A stretch of DNA of 64,000 nt from Antedon mediterranea (Eukaryota > Animalia > Echinodermata), in the NCBI RefSeq assembly GCF_964355755.1, contig NC_092674.1, positions 31,124,001 to 31,188,000 on the forward strand, written 5' to 3'. The translations under genes and the position numbers were made by a program. Positions 39,521 to 50,636 of the stretch are shown here, one piece after another. Positions within the stretch are counted from its first letter, which is position 1. Every line of letters starts with the position of its first letter. The notes beneath the pieces were generated by a model. That model made no database searches. It worked only from the letters and a program-made list of their open reading frames with translations, and had not been told where the DNA came from.

Positions 39521-41569
39521 CAGGCCCGTATCCAGGGGGGGGGGGGGGTGCGTTGGGTGCAGACGCACCCCCCCAAGTCCCAAAAGGTCCACTATTTCCT
39601 CGGTTGGTATTTTTTCTTGTCTTGTTTAACTAAAGACAATATCATTATATATATACAAAATTTACATTATCAATGGTATACAAACAAAAATATGCTAATA
39701 TAAAATGAAAAAATACCGGTAATTAAATTACGGAATCTGAACTGACTACAAACTTGATGTAAAACATGCGCAGTCGATCATGTGACGACAAGCAATAGCT
39801 TAGCGCTTCATGTACGCGGTACGCGGTATAATATACAGTAAAAACGTTCGCGTTCACTTCATATAGCTTCAGCGCCTAGAAATTAAAACCACGATGTTCC
39901 ATTGACCGTGAGAGTACGTCAGAGGGCTAATATGCACTTTTATGCATTCATTATTGCCAGCGATCTAACTTACTAATAAACATTAGCTAGGTACGCACTT
40001 GTCTGGCGGTATCCCTTTGTACGAATCGTTCAACGTTGGGTCGAGACGCGTGATATCAAGTTTCATCCAGGGACCAAAATGTGTAATGTAGTTATTTTCC
40101 AGGCGAAGTTTACCGACGGTTACCGAATGGAACACGTGTACTTTTTGTCGGGGAATATAATATACAGTAAAAAGCGTTCGCGTTCACTTCGTAGCTAGCT
40201 TCAGCGCCTAGAAAACCGCGACGTTTCATTGACCGTGAGAGTACGTCAGAGTGATAATATGCACTTTATATGCATTCATTATTGCCAGCGATCTAACTTA
40301 CTACTAAACAATAGCTAGGTACGCACTTGTCTGGCGGTATCCCTTTGTACGAATCGTTCAACGTTGGGTCGAGACGCGTGATATCAAGTTTCATCCAGGG
40401 ACCAAAATGTGTAATGTGTTATTTTCCAGGCGAAGTTTACCCACGGTTACGTCGTGTACTGCGTCGACGTACGCTACACTACAGCAAAAACGAATTATGT
40501 TAATTGTTCGTTTGTTCACCAATTTTTTTTATTTACAAGTAACCTTCTGTACCGTGGGGCACCTAAAATAAATTTTTCATCTATTACTAAACAAAAAAAC
40601 ATGCCATTTTCGCTTAGCCAACATTATAGCTATAGTTATTACATTTTCAATATCCTGTATGTCATGAATTTCTCACCACTCGGAAGTCCAGATGGTACGC
40701 ATGCATACACCTGGGAGGAATAAACTTTTTTCCCCGACTGAAAAAGGTCTACGCTTGCGTTTTTAAGCCTCTAGGCCTGATGTTTCCAAAGTATAAAATG
40801 CAATTTTTTGAAGACCTGCAGCTCTAGTTTTAAACATTTTCTTAGCTCAGCCCCAACAATAAAGCTGGTCGTATTTCGAAGAACAAGAAGTACATTTTCC
40901 GAGACCTAGCATCTCTATTTTTCAAACATTTCTTAGCTCAGTCACAACCCATGATAGGGACTTATATATTTTTTTTCATGTTTTGAAGTATAATAAGTCC
41001 AATTTCCGGGACCTCCAACTCTATTTTTCTAAATTTTCTTTGAACTTTTATTTTTTAAATTGAAAAATATGGATTGAAACAGTCATCGCGCATCGTTTTT
41101 TTGCACGCAGTATTTTATTTATGCATTATAAAAAATGGAAAAAATGGCTACCCTAAATCTGATTAAAAAGACCTCAAATGACGCTAGAACGCGTTGCTTC
41201 CGGGGGCTTCGCCCCCCTGGACCCCACCGGGGGCTCTTGGCGGCCCCTGGCCCTCAGCCTAGTGATGCTCGCTTCGCTCGCATAGCCCCCTCATCGGGGA
41301 ATGTAGCCCCCGCGTCGGGAAGATCCTGGCGCCACCCCTGCTGAGTTGGCCTCATCATGAAAGCGTTAAGTTCTGGTGTCCATCGTTCAACTAGCCCAAG
41401 CCACAACAGACAGTCTTACATCAGTCTTTAGAACGTCAAATAACGCAAATTTTTCCAGGGCCTTCGGCCCCTGGACCCTGACCGGGGGCCCTTGGCGGCC
41501 CCCTGGCCCCCAGCCATTGTTGCTCGCTTCGCTCGCACCCCCCCATTATAAATGCTGCATACGGGCCTG
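39521..41569. mobile_element. hAT-like non-autonomous element with 5-bp TSD (hAT5-type)
   Basis: TIR CAGGCCCGTATCCAG / CTGCATACGGGCCTG; AATTA on both flanks; GC-rich GGGGCTTCGCCCCCTGGACCCC subterminal motifs; an end of a related family (GATCCTGGCGCCACCCCTG) at about 41340. Confidence 0.75.
39827..40450 (+). repeat. Internal ~329-bp tandem duplication within the hAT-like element
   Basis: 39827-40123 and 40156-40450 are nearly identical (TATAATATACAGTAAAAA...AGGCGAAGTTTACC.ACGGTTAC). Confidence 0.9.
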
Positions 41570-42766
41570 AATTAATGAGGTGGACGAAAGTGTGAGATAA
41601 TTTAATATCATTAAACCAAATAAAAAGAGTTTGTTGTAGTTTGTTTTCACGCTTGTCATTGTCACGTTGTCCACATTGATTGATCACCAGGTATCAGGTA
41701 TTGTATAAATTGTTCCCGTCACTATTTTCAAATGACCAGTAAGTTCCATGCTGACGTCTCGACAAAAGGGGTCAGATGAATATAAATATAAGCAAAACAT
41801 TCTTAACTGGTGATATCGGGCTGGTACGTTAGTGAGTAGCATTTCATTTATGTGGATTTAGTCTCTTGCCCTACTAGTACCCCCTCCATAATTACTTTAC
41901 CACCAGCAGTAGATAGCAAACTAAGCATTTCCGTGGTTTAAGAGAGAGAAAAAAACAAAAGCCGCTATCGGTACCCTCACAATTGGCAAGGACACGACCT
42001 GTGTATCTTGTCTTCCCTTTTGGCCGAGTTCACATAAAATAATAGGGATTACTTGTTCGACCTTTTCACATTTGTGGTCATAATCATATTAAATTGATCT
42101 ACGAATATTAAAAAAAAATGTTTTTCTTAATAGGGTCATGGCAGTTCACGAAAACGTGTGAAAATGGCATTAAAAAAAGAGACTATGAATTTGAAGGAAT
42201 GTTGTTGTTTCTTGTCATTAGCAACTAGTTTGCTTTGCATAAATTGGATGTCTTTCTCTCGTGCTGTTAATTGTTATAAATCTGGAAAGTGATTTTCTAT
42301 ACTTTCTTATGTAATTGTACATAGGCCTACACATGCAGAAATTAGTTTTCAATTCCCAATAAGCATAGAGGGCGCTATTACTATTTTTTGGAGAGTCAGG
42401 AAGCTACGTTTTAGTCTTTCTATACCGCACAGTAATTATTATTACAGTATTACATAATAGTTAAAAAAAAAATTAATTTACAAACGTAATTTTAATGTAT
42501 CCTTAAATTAAACCCAAATAAATTAAAGTACTGTAAACAAGTAAATCAATATTGTATTATGTCTAGTTTTTACTAAGATTGAAGACAGCAGGAAGAATTA
42601 TTATACCCAAAATAATTAAATTCAATAAAATTATTTGTTATCCAAATAACTATAACAGTTATTTATGATCATATTCACGATTTATTTCAGTAAAATGTTC
42701 TTATATTTTCATTATAATATTTCAATAAATCAGGGAGAAATTTATAATATGATTATTATTAAAAAG

Positions 42767-44451
42767 TCACAAATATGGTGATAACGCTTCCTTAATGCCT
42801 TCCTGGAATGGTGTTCTCTGCCCGATACCGAGTGCTTCTAAATCAGATGTATCAAGCTGAGCGTTCTTAGGCCTTGGTGCTCCAGGAGGAGCATTCTGAT
42901 TGGCTTGCAAGTGGTCATGTGGTAGATTGAATATTTCAGCCATTTTAACCGCCATTGTAAACTTTGTCAGTTGTTCATTATTACTCCAATGATACGTGCC
43001 TTTGATGGATGAATCCTGTGAAGTAAAAATATCAGTTTGTAAATACTGACCTACCAACACATGTGGCAGTATGTGTACATGTTTTTACCATAATGCGAGG
43101 TAAAGGAAACCCCAAACTCCCTCCTATCTCTTGAAGCATTTTCTGTCATTCAACATTACACTTTCCATATTTTTTTTGTTTTGGGCAGGATGGTTTGTTA
43201 TTGTGCCAAACTATTATATATAAATTATATTCATAAATAATTTTTTGTTCGCGTTTACCTTAGACTGTTTTTCTGCCAACTGTTTAATGACAGCAGCGAC
43301 ATCTTGTGTGTGTGTTGGAAAGCGTTGTTGGTAGTGACACATACTTCCTGGTTTGGACGAGTCCTTCACAGCATTGAATAAAATTGTAACGGCACTCTCG
43401 GAAAGAAATTCTATTTGCCCGTAAAGGATCGGTACACGAAGCACAACAGCACCTGTCAATCAAGTAAAATATATGATTTAATTTATTGTGAATTAAAAAA
43501 AAACCTGATGGTGTTCAGCTTCAAATACCATACCGTCTGGGTTTAAATCTTGTTTAAGGCATTTTTCACATAAACCTTTTTCAAAATGCCTTGATATGTT
43601 AGATGTGAACCATGTATTTTAAACTTACTTGGATTGCATTGCAGTACAACCTTTTCACCATCTAGTTTGCTTTGACCATAATCATTCAAAGGGTTGGGTT
43701 GGTCCATTGGTTTATAGGGAGGTTTTGTTCCATCAAATACATAATCAGTACTGATATAAACCAAAAATGTGTTAAGCTCCCCTGCAAAACAATAGAAAAT
43801 TCACAAATCACAAATGTACCAAAATGGTGGTATTTAAAGTAATAGTGTAACTTGCATGTGCAGCCAATCATTTTTTTTTTTATCATATATCAACACACTA
43901 CATATGTTTTAAGTTGCTGTTCTGATATTAATAAGACCATGCAAATGCGGGATTTTCCATTCATTTTCATTTTCATCATTGGGAAATTATAGGGATTTTC
44001 CAGTTACGCATAATAAGTTAAATCATGTCTGCTGAAGTGTTTGTGATTTGTTCAATCCCATAAATAATTACCACAGAGTTTTGCAATAACCTCCGTAGCA
44101 CCAACGTTTAACTTCTTTGTTTCACCAGGTTTATTTTGTACGATATCTGGCCGTCTTTCTGCAGCGGAATGAACAACAACATCAGGCTGGGGAAAAAACA
44201 TTTTAATATTTTACTACTGTATTTACAACTTGTATAATGTTGTGCAAATTTGGTATATATGTTATTTGTACCTTAAATGTGTTGAGTGTGTCTTTGATCG
44301 CGGTTTCGTCTGTAAGATCCACTTTCTTTAGGTTGTTACCAGACCGTGAGAATGCCAGACCCAGTACTTCCCATGATGCATTGTTGCTGAATTCCTTAAG
44401 GATGGCTCTTCCCAGTAGACCTGATGCACCGGTTATTAAGACTTTTTTCAT
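42767..44451 (-). CDS. MAT2B: Methionine adenosyltransferase 2 subunit beta (RmlD-like extended SDR), 5 coding exons: 44451-44272, 44186-44072, 43781-43629, 43452-43259, 43015-42767
   Basis: Spliced translation [16 protein letters not shown]...[14 protein letters not shown]...[11 protein letters not shown]...[15 protein letters not shown]...VLRVPILYG...QQRFPTH...GTYHWS...[10 protein letters not shown] matches MAT2B motifs. All introns are GT-AG with consistent phases. An in-frame TAA lies just upstream of the ATG. Confidence 0.95.
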
Positions 44452-44939
44452 AATCGTCTCTTAACCTACTTTCAAACATAAATGTTATACATTTTAAAAT
44501 AAAATGTTACTACAGTAGTATATTGACAATCTTATTCAGGTCAACCGCTTAATCATCCAACAGTTAATAATAAACACTAATAATAATAGTGTGTATTTTA
44601 ATTAAATCATTACCAATTTTATTTCAAACTAGACTACATTAATAGAGATAGGCTAAGTCTTAAGCCTAGGCCTAGTGCTAATAATAAGAACTGACAGAGG
44701 CTGCTTCTTCATAGGGTTGGAGACAGTAGTCAGAGAGTGCAGCCACCCTCGACTCAGTTATGTTATTCTTGTTCCCATTTCCGTCACTTCCACGGAAGGG
44801 TTTCTTGTTGTTGGATGGAGCGGTTGACCTAAAATTATAGAGAATTTGGTAAAATTAAATGTAATCATTCTATCTGTACATTTGTTAGCTTTAAACAATG
44901 TTTATCTTCTTACAGCTAGTTAATAATGACAGTGATGTT

Positions 44940-45100
44940 ACAATGTTTACTTCTTGAATTTCCGTTCCGCACCGCTGCCCACACGTCGTCCGCGACGATA
45001 CGCTTCGTCAAGTTTTTGCATGATGGGAAGGATGTGTACGACGCCACTTACGTCTGGATTTAGCTGAGTAATAAAATTAAAGTAGAAAGGACAAAGGTAT
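44940..45100. promoter_or_regulatory. Putative shared bidirectional promoter of MAT2B and TMEM33
   Basis: Short CpG-rich patch (TTCCGTTCCGCACCGCTGCCCACACGTCGTCCGCGACGATACGC) between divergent genes. Both start-codon exons are preceded by splice acceptors; candidate plus-strand donor AAAG|GTATTT near 45096. Confidence 0.45.
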
Positions 45101-45325
45101 TTTCTTGCTTGTATATGCATTTTATTTTAGTTATAAATAAGTTTTATGTAAGAAATAGGGTATATATTTAAAAATATGCTTTTTAGATTAAGTGTGATAA
45201 ATCTAGAGTAGGTCTAGGTGGGCCTAAGGCCAGGCCCACCACCAGGGCTAGGCTAGGCCTAGCCTACTACTAGTAGGCCCAGCAGGCTTCTAGTAGGTCT
45301 AGGCTGGTCAACCCGTACCCAAACC

Positions 45326-46848
45326 GGCGCTAATGCAGTTTCGTACCCACCCCTTAAAATTACTCAAAATATTCATCCAACCTACTCACGAGTTGTCTAC
45401 AACATTCTGCAATCATAAAATTGTAAAAAATCGGAATTTTTTTATTTAAAACTATTTTTAATCAATTAATACTGAGCACCCTTCGGAAATACATCGCCAG
45501 CTTAGCTTCGCGAAAATCATCGCTAGGCCTGCCGATAAAAGTACGGAGGCCTCACAGGACATTAACTCTATTAATAGAGTAAACAGTTGCGTTCTATAGA
45601 GGGCGTAGTTACTAACGTTTAAAGCACGCACCAAATAATTATAATTTTCATTATTTCCGACATGCGTTTCGTATTTTTAATAAAGAAAAGAAATACTATA
45701 CAATTGCTGTATTCATCATTGTGTGTATCATCATAATTTTGTTATGTTTTTAATTTGTTCTTTCATTTTACTAGTAGAATTTCACACATAAAAGAAGATA
45801 AATATGGAACTGCTGACTCTTGAAGATATAAGTACTGACCAATTTTCCTCTGTTTTAGTTTATTTTACATTATGGTTTGTAGGTCAAATAAATAAATGAA
45901 ATGAATAAAAAGAATTACAGTACTTCATTCCTGAGTTACATTGTTAATGTTATAACACAATAATCAAGCTATGACGAATTAATTGTTTTAGTATTTGTTA
46001 TCACTAGCTATACTAGAAACGCTAATGGTTTCCCTGTTTTAAGATTTTATAGAAGTATATTATTATTAATTAACATTTTTTATTCACCTATGAAAGACCT
46101 CTTCAAATACATGGAAATAGGAAATGCAACAAAAACAGAAAGATATAATTTATTGAAATGTAATGTACAGTAATACAATAATTATAATAAAAATGTTTTC
46201 CATCAATTACTAGAATTTATTTTACTTCTGCTGACACTGAATACATCATTTCATGTCTTTCATTTCTTCTTTTTTATCTTCTTTCCTGTTGTGTTTATTA
46301 AAATAAAATCAAATAAAACATTACATAATGAAGCAACTATTCATTAATTTATTTCAACAATATTTTATGAGGGTGGTCCATCCAGCCGAAGCTGATCATT
46401 AGGGACCCTTACAAAAAATATAATTTGACAAGACAATAACACACAATATTCAAAATAAATAGAAGTTCTAAAAATTAACAACATAATTAAACACAAAATA
46501 TTTCTTTATGAAAAAAACTTAAAATCCGTTTCACGAGGAACATGTAAAAAATATTTTATTATCGCCATAATATGATCATAACAGCGTCCTCTATAGATCG
46601 ATGCCCTATGAGGCCTCCGTACTTTCATCGGCAGGCCTAGCGATGATTTTCGCGAAGCTAAGCTGGCGATGGATTTCTGAAGGGTGCTCAATTATTAATT
46701 GATTAAAAATAGTTATAAATAAGAAATTATCGATATTTTACCATTTTATGCTTGCTAAATGCTGTAGACAACTCGTGAGTAGGCTAGATGAAGTATTGAA
46801 ATCATTTTGAGTAATTTTAAGGGTTGGGTACGAAACTGCATTAGCGCC
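45326..46848 (+). mobile_element. Merlin-like non-autonomous element, copy 1 (1523 bp, long imperfect TIRs)
   Basis: Termini GGCGCTAATGCAGTTTCGTACCC / GGGTACGAAACTGCATTAGCGCC; 8-bp TSD CCCAAACC (45318-45325, 46849-46856). GG termini with an 8-bp TSD fit Merlin/IS1016. Confidence 0.85.
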
Positions 46849-46973
46849 CCCAAACCAACCCGTACCCATGCCAACTCGTACCCAACTTGGCTAACCCGTA
46901 CCCAAATAATTGGTCAACTCGTACCCACTTTGGCTAACCCGTACCCAAACCAACCCGTACCCATGCCAACTCG

Positions 46974-48190
46974 GGCGCTAATGCAGTTTCGTACCCACCC
47001 CTTAAAATTACTCCAAATGATTTCAATACTTCATCTAGCCTACTCACGAGTTGTCTACAGCATTCAGCAAGCATAAAATGGTAAAATATCGATAATTTCT
47101 TATTTATAACTATTTTTAATCAATTAATAATTGAGCACCCTTCAGAAATCCATCGCCAGCTTAGCTTCGCGAAAATCATCGCTAGGCCTGCCGATGAAAG
47201 TACGGAGGCCTCATAGGGCATCGATCTATAGAGGACGCTGTTATATGATCATATTATGGCGATAATAAAATATTTTTTACATGTTCCTCGTGAAACGGAT
47301 TTTAATTTTTTTTCATAAAGAAATATTTTGTGTTTAATTATGTTGAATTCTATTTATTTTGAATGTTGTGTGTTATTGTCTTGTCAAATTATATTTTTTG
47401 TAAGGGTCCCTAATGATCAGCTTCGGCTGGATGGACCACCCTCATAAAATATTGTTGAAATAAATTAATGAATAGACATGAAATGATGTATTCAGTGTCA
47501 GCAGAAGTAAAATAAATTCTAGTAATTGATGGAAAACATTTTTTATTATAATTATTGTATTACTGTACATTACATTTCAATAAATTATATCTTTCTGTTT
47601 TTTAATTCTTTTTATTCATTTCATTTATTTATTTGACCTACAAACCATAATGTAAAATAAACTAAAACAGAGGAAAATTGGTCAGTACTTATATCTTCAA
47701 GAGTCAGCAGTTCCATATTTATCTTCTTTTCTGTGTGAAATTCTACTAGTAAAATGAAAGAACAAATTAAAAACATAACATAATTATGATGATACCCACA
47801 ATGATGAATACAGCAATTGTATAGTATTTCTTTTCTTTATTAAAAATACGAAACGCATGTCGGAAATAATGAAAATTATAATTATTTGGTGCGTGCTTTA
47901 AACGTTAGTAACTACGCCCTCTATAGAACGCAACTGTTTACTCTATAGAGTTAATGTCCTGTGAGGCCTCCGTACTTTTATCGGCAGGCCTAGCGATGAT
48001 TTTCGCGAAGCTAAGCTGGCGATGTATTTCCGAAGGGTGCTCAGTATTAATTGATTAAAAATAGTTTTAAATAAAAAATTATTGATTTTTTACAATTTTA
48101 TGATTGCAGAATGTTGTAGACAACTCGTGAGTAGGTTGGATGAAGATTTTGAGTAATTTTAAGGGGTGGGTACGAAACTGCATTAGCGCC
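46974..48190 (-). mobile_element. Merlin-like non-autonomous element, copy 2 (1217 bp, inverted relative to copy 1, two internal deletions)
   Basis: Same termini; separate 8-bp TSD CCAACTCG (46966-46973, 48191-48198). The body is the reverse complement of copy 1 lacking about 45920-46130 and 46255-46335. Confidence 0.85.
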
Positions 48191-50636
48191 CCAACTCGTA
48201 CCTAAATATTTGGCTTACTCGTACCCAAGTATTTGGCTTACTCGTACCCATTTTTTGGCTTACCCGTACCCATTTTTGGCTTACTCGTACCCATTATTTG
48301 GCCTACTCGTACCCAATTTGAATAATTACTTGTAATGATTTGATCGGCGTAAAACTAGTGGTATGCTTTTGCCGTATGAATATTTTTATATTTAAATTGT
48401 TTTTTTATTTTACAGGTCTCGGTGAAATGTGTGCTAATAAAAATGACCATTGATTTGATTGTAGACTTCGTTTAATTAGGCATATATTTGTTAACATTTA
48501 TTTAAATCTAGTATTATAGTTTTATAAACGTATGTTTGATGTGTCTTTTTTATTTACGTAAGAGAACATTAATTAATAAAAAAATATTTTAACTGTTGTA
48601 TAGTTAGTATTACAATTCAATTAAGCCCAGGTAAAGCACCAACAACGTATAATTTTATACTTATCAATTTTTATTCTTTTATTTAATTCTAATTATCTTC
48701 CCTGATTACATTTGATCAAGTAATTATTTCTATTGTATTTGGTATATTTAAAATTGGTTGAATTAACAACACCCTGTTTTAAGCGAAAAGCCTGCCGGGC
48801 TATGGGGTCGAATTACTCGTAGATTTCGTGTTACGTGTTTTTTCTGACCGGGATTAACCTTTTATTATAAAAAACACGCATTTGTAGGGCCGGCGTCAAA
48901 GAGACGACTTAGTAATGACGTATGATCATTTTCCATATATCTTATTTATTAATAATTCAGTGAAATGATCATATACACGTACTGTCGTACTGTAGCCTAA
49001 GGCAATTAAACATTTTGGCAGATTTTCTTCTATAACAGCTACGTGTTTTTGCTGAATGGGGATTCCTCTTTATTATTAAAAAAAAAAACGCATTTGTACG
49101 GGTCCATTTGTAGTGTGTCCAAAAATAGGCAACGCAATGTGGCGTATGATCGTTTTCTATTTATTTTTTTTTCTTAAATAATTCAGTAAAATTATCTGTT
49201 TGTTTACGGTAATTAAACATTTTTGGTAGATGTTTCCTCAATAACTTACAGCTACGTGTTTTTGCTGACGAGGGATTCCCTTTTTTTAAAAAAAAATACG
49301 CATTCTATAATGTGTCAAATAAGACAAATGAAATGAACTACGATCGTTTTTCCATGGCAACGGATGTCGTCTTATTTACTAAAATAATATAAACGTTCTG
49401 AAGGCCTACCTACACGTGTCTGAGTACTTACGTATCTGTCAGCGATAAGATGATTTTTTTAAGTTTTAGTAGTATTTATTTCGGTTTTTAGTCATAATAA
49501 TACAGTAATAATCATTATGAAATGAAAACGTAATAACAGCAAATGTCGTCGTTTGTAATTAAATGTTAAATTATTGGAGGTTAGTACAGTAGTTACCTTT
49601 TATTATTACTCTCACATCCGTCATTGTATACTAGATGAACGGCAATAATCTAATCTACTACTAAATGCTCATAGCAGCAATGAGGCTGGTATCCACTTAA
49701 ATAGTTTCGTGATTTTAAAATACGAGTGACTATTTAAAAATGTATTAAATATTTTCGAAATGTTAAAACAGTTTAATATTTTCCAAAACTTGCAAAACAA
49801 AACAACAAAAACCATTCGTTTTAAAACGATTTTCAAAAAGCACATTACTTCATTATCTGTAAAATAAAATGAAAATACAAATTATGTATAAAAGATATTC
49901 ATGTTTACTTTTAATAATTCAAGTTTTCATCATCACAGACTAGTGGGTATTTCAATTTCCATGTACTACTATTCGTAGAAAATAATAGATTAATAACTCA
50001 TAAATGAAAAAAAAATAGAATGCAGCACAGCAGCCGACCACTGACATCTTCCACAGAGCCATATAAAACAGCGCCCTCAAGTATTAACTTGACCAAATAC
50101 GACGTACGCAAATACGATGAAAGCTGTGCTTTTTTCGTACGAGTCTGTACATATTATTATACATTTTAGGTCAATAGTTTTTGCCATTATAATATCGAAC
50201 ATATGATTGGTATCTAAAAATTTAATAAAACTGGGTTTAAATGTAATATAAATATACTTTAAATAGCATTAAACTTGGGTACGGGCCAGCCAATGATGGG
50301 TACGGGTCAGCCAATGATGGGTACGGGTCAGCCAAAATTTTGGGTACGAGTAAGCCAAAATTTGGGTACGAGTTGGTGGGTACGAGTTGGCATGGGTACG
50401 GGTTGACCTGTATTCAAATCCTCTACTATTGCTGCTAGCCATCTTGCACCCAAACCAACCCTAAGCTAAGTAGGTCGGCCCCTCTAACTAGAGTAGCCTA
50501 CTCCTACTCAGTAGTAGGACTAGGTAGGATGGCCTACTCAGTCAGTTTAACTAGATAGAGAGATCTGGAGAATGTGAAAAATGTTGTTCTTGAATGTATT
50601 GTTCTTTTTCAAATCGATTTTAGATAAGTTTTCAAG

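Larger units (their letters stand above)
45306..50408. mobile_element. Non-autonomous DNA transposon with TIR GGTCAACCCGTACCC and arrays of (C/T)CGTACCC subterminal repeats; host of two nested insertions; superfamily uncertain
   Basis: Left end GGTCAACCCGTACCC (45306), right end GGGTACGGGTTGACC (50408). Repeat arrays at 46849-46973, 48191-48315 and inverted at 50277-50408. Internal ~210-bp degenerate repeats at 48830-49350. No ORF and no clear TSD. Confidence 0.8.

Noticed and set aside
41135-41687. GC-rich Pro/Gly ORFs
   Set aside because: Subterminal repeats of the hAT-like element.
45326-48190. Single inverted duplication or assembly fold-back artefact
   Set aside because: Each copy has its own 8-bp TSD and private indels and substitutions, which fits two insertions better.
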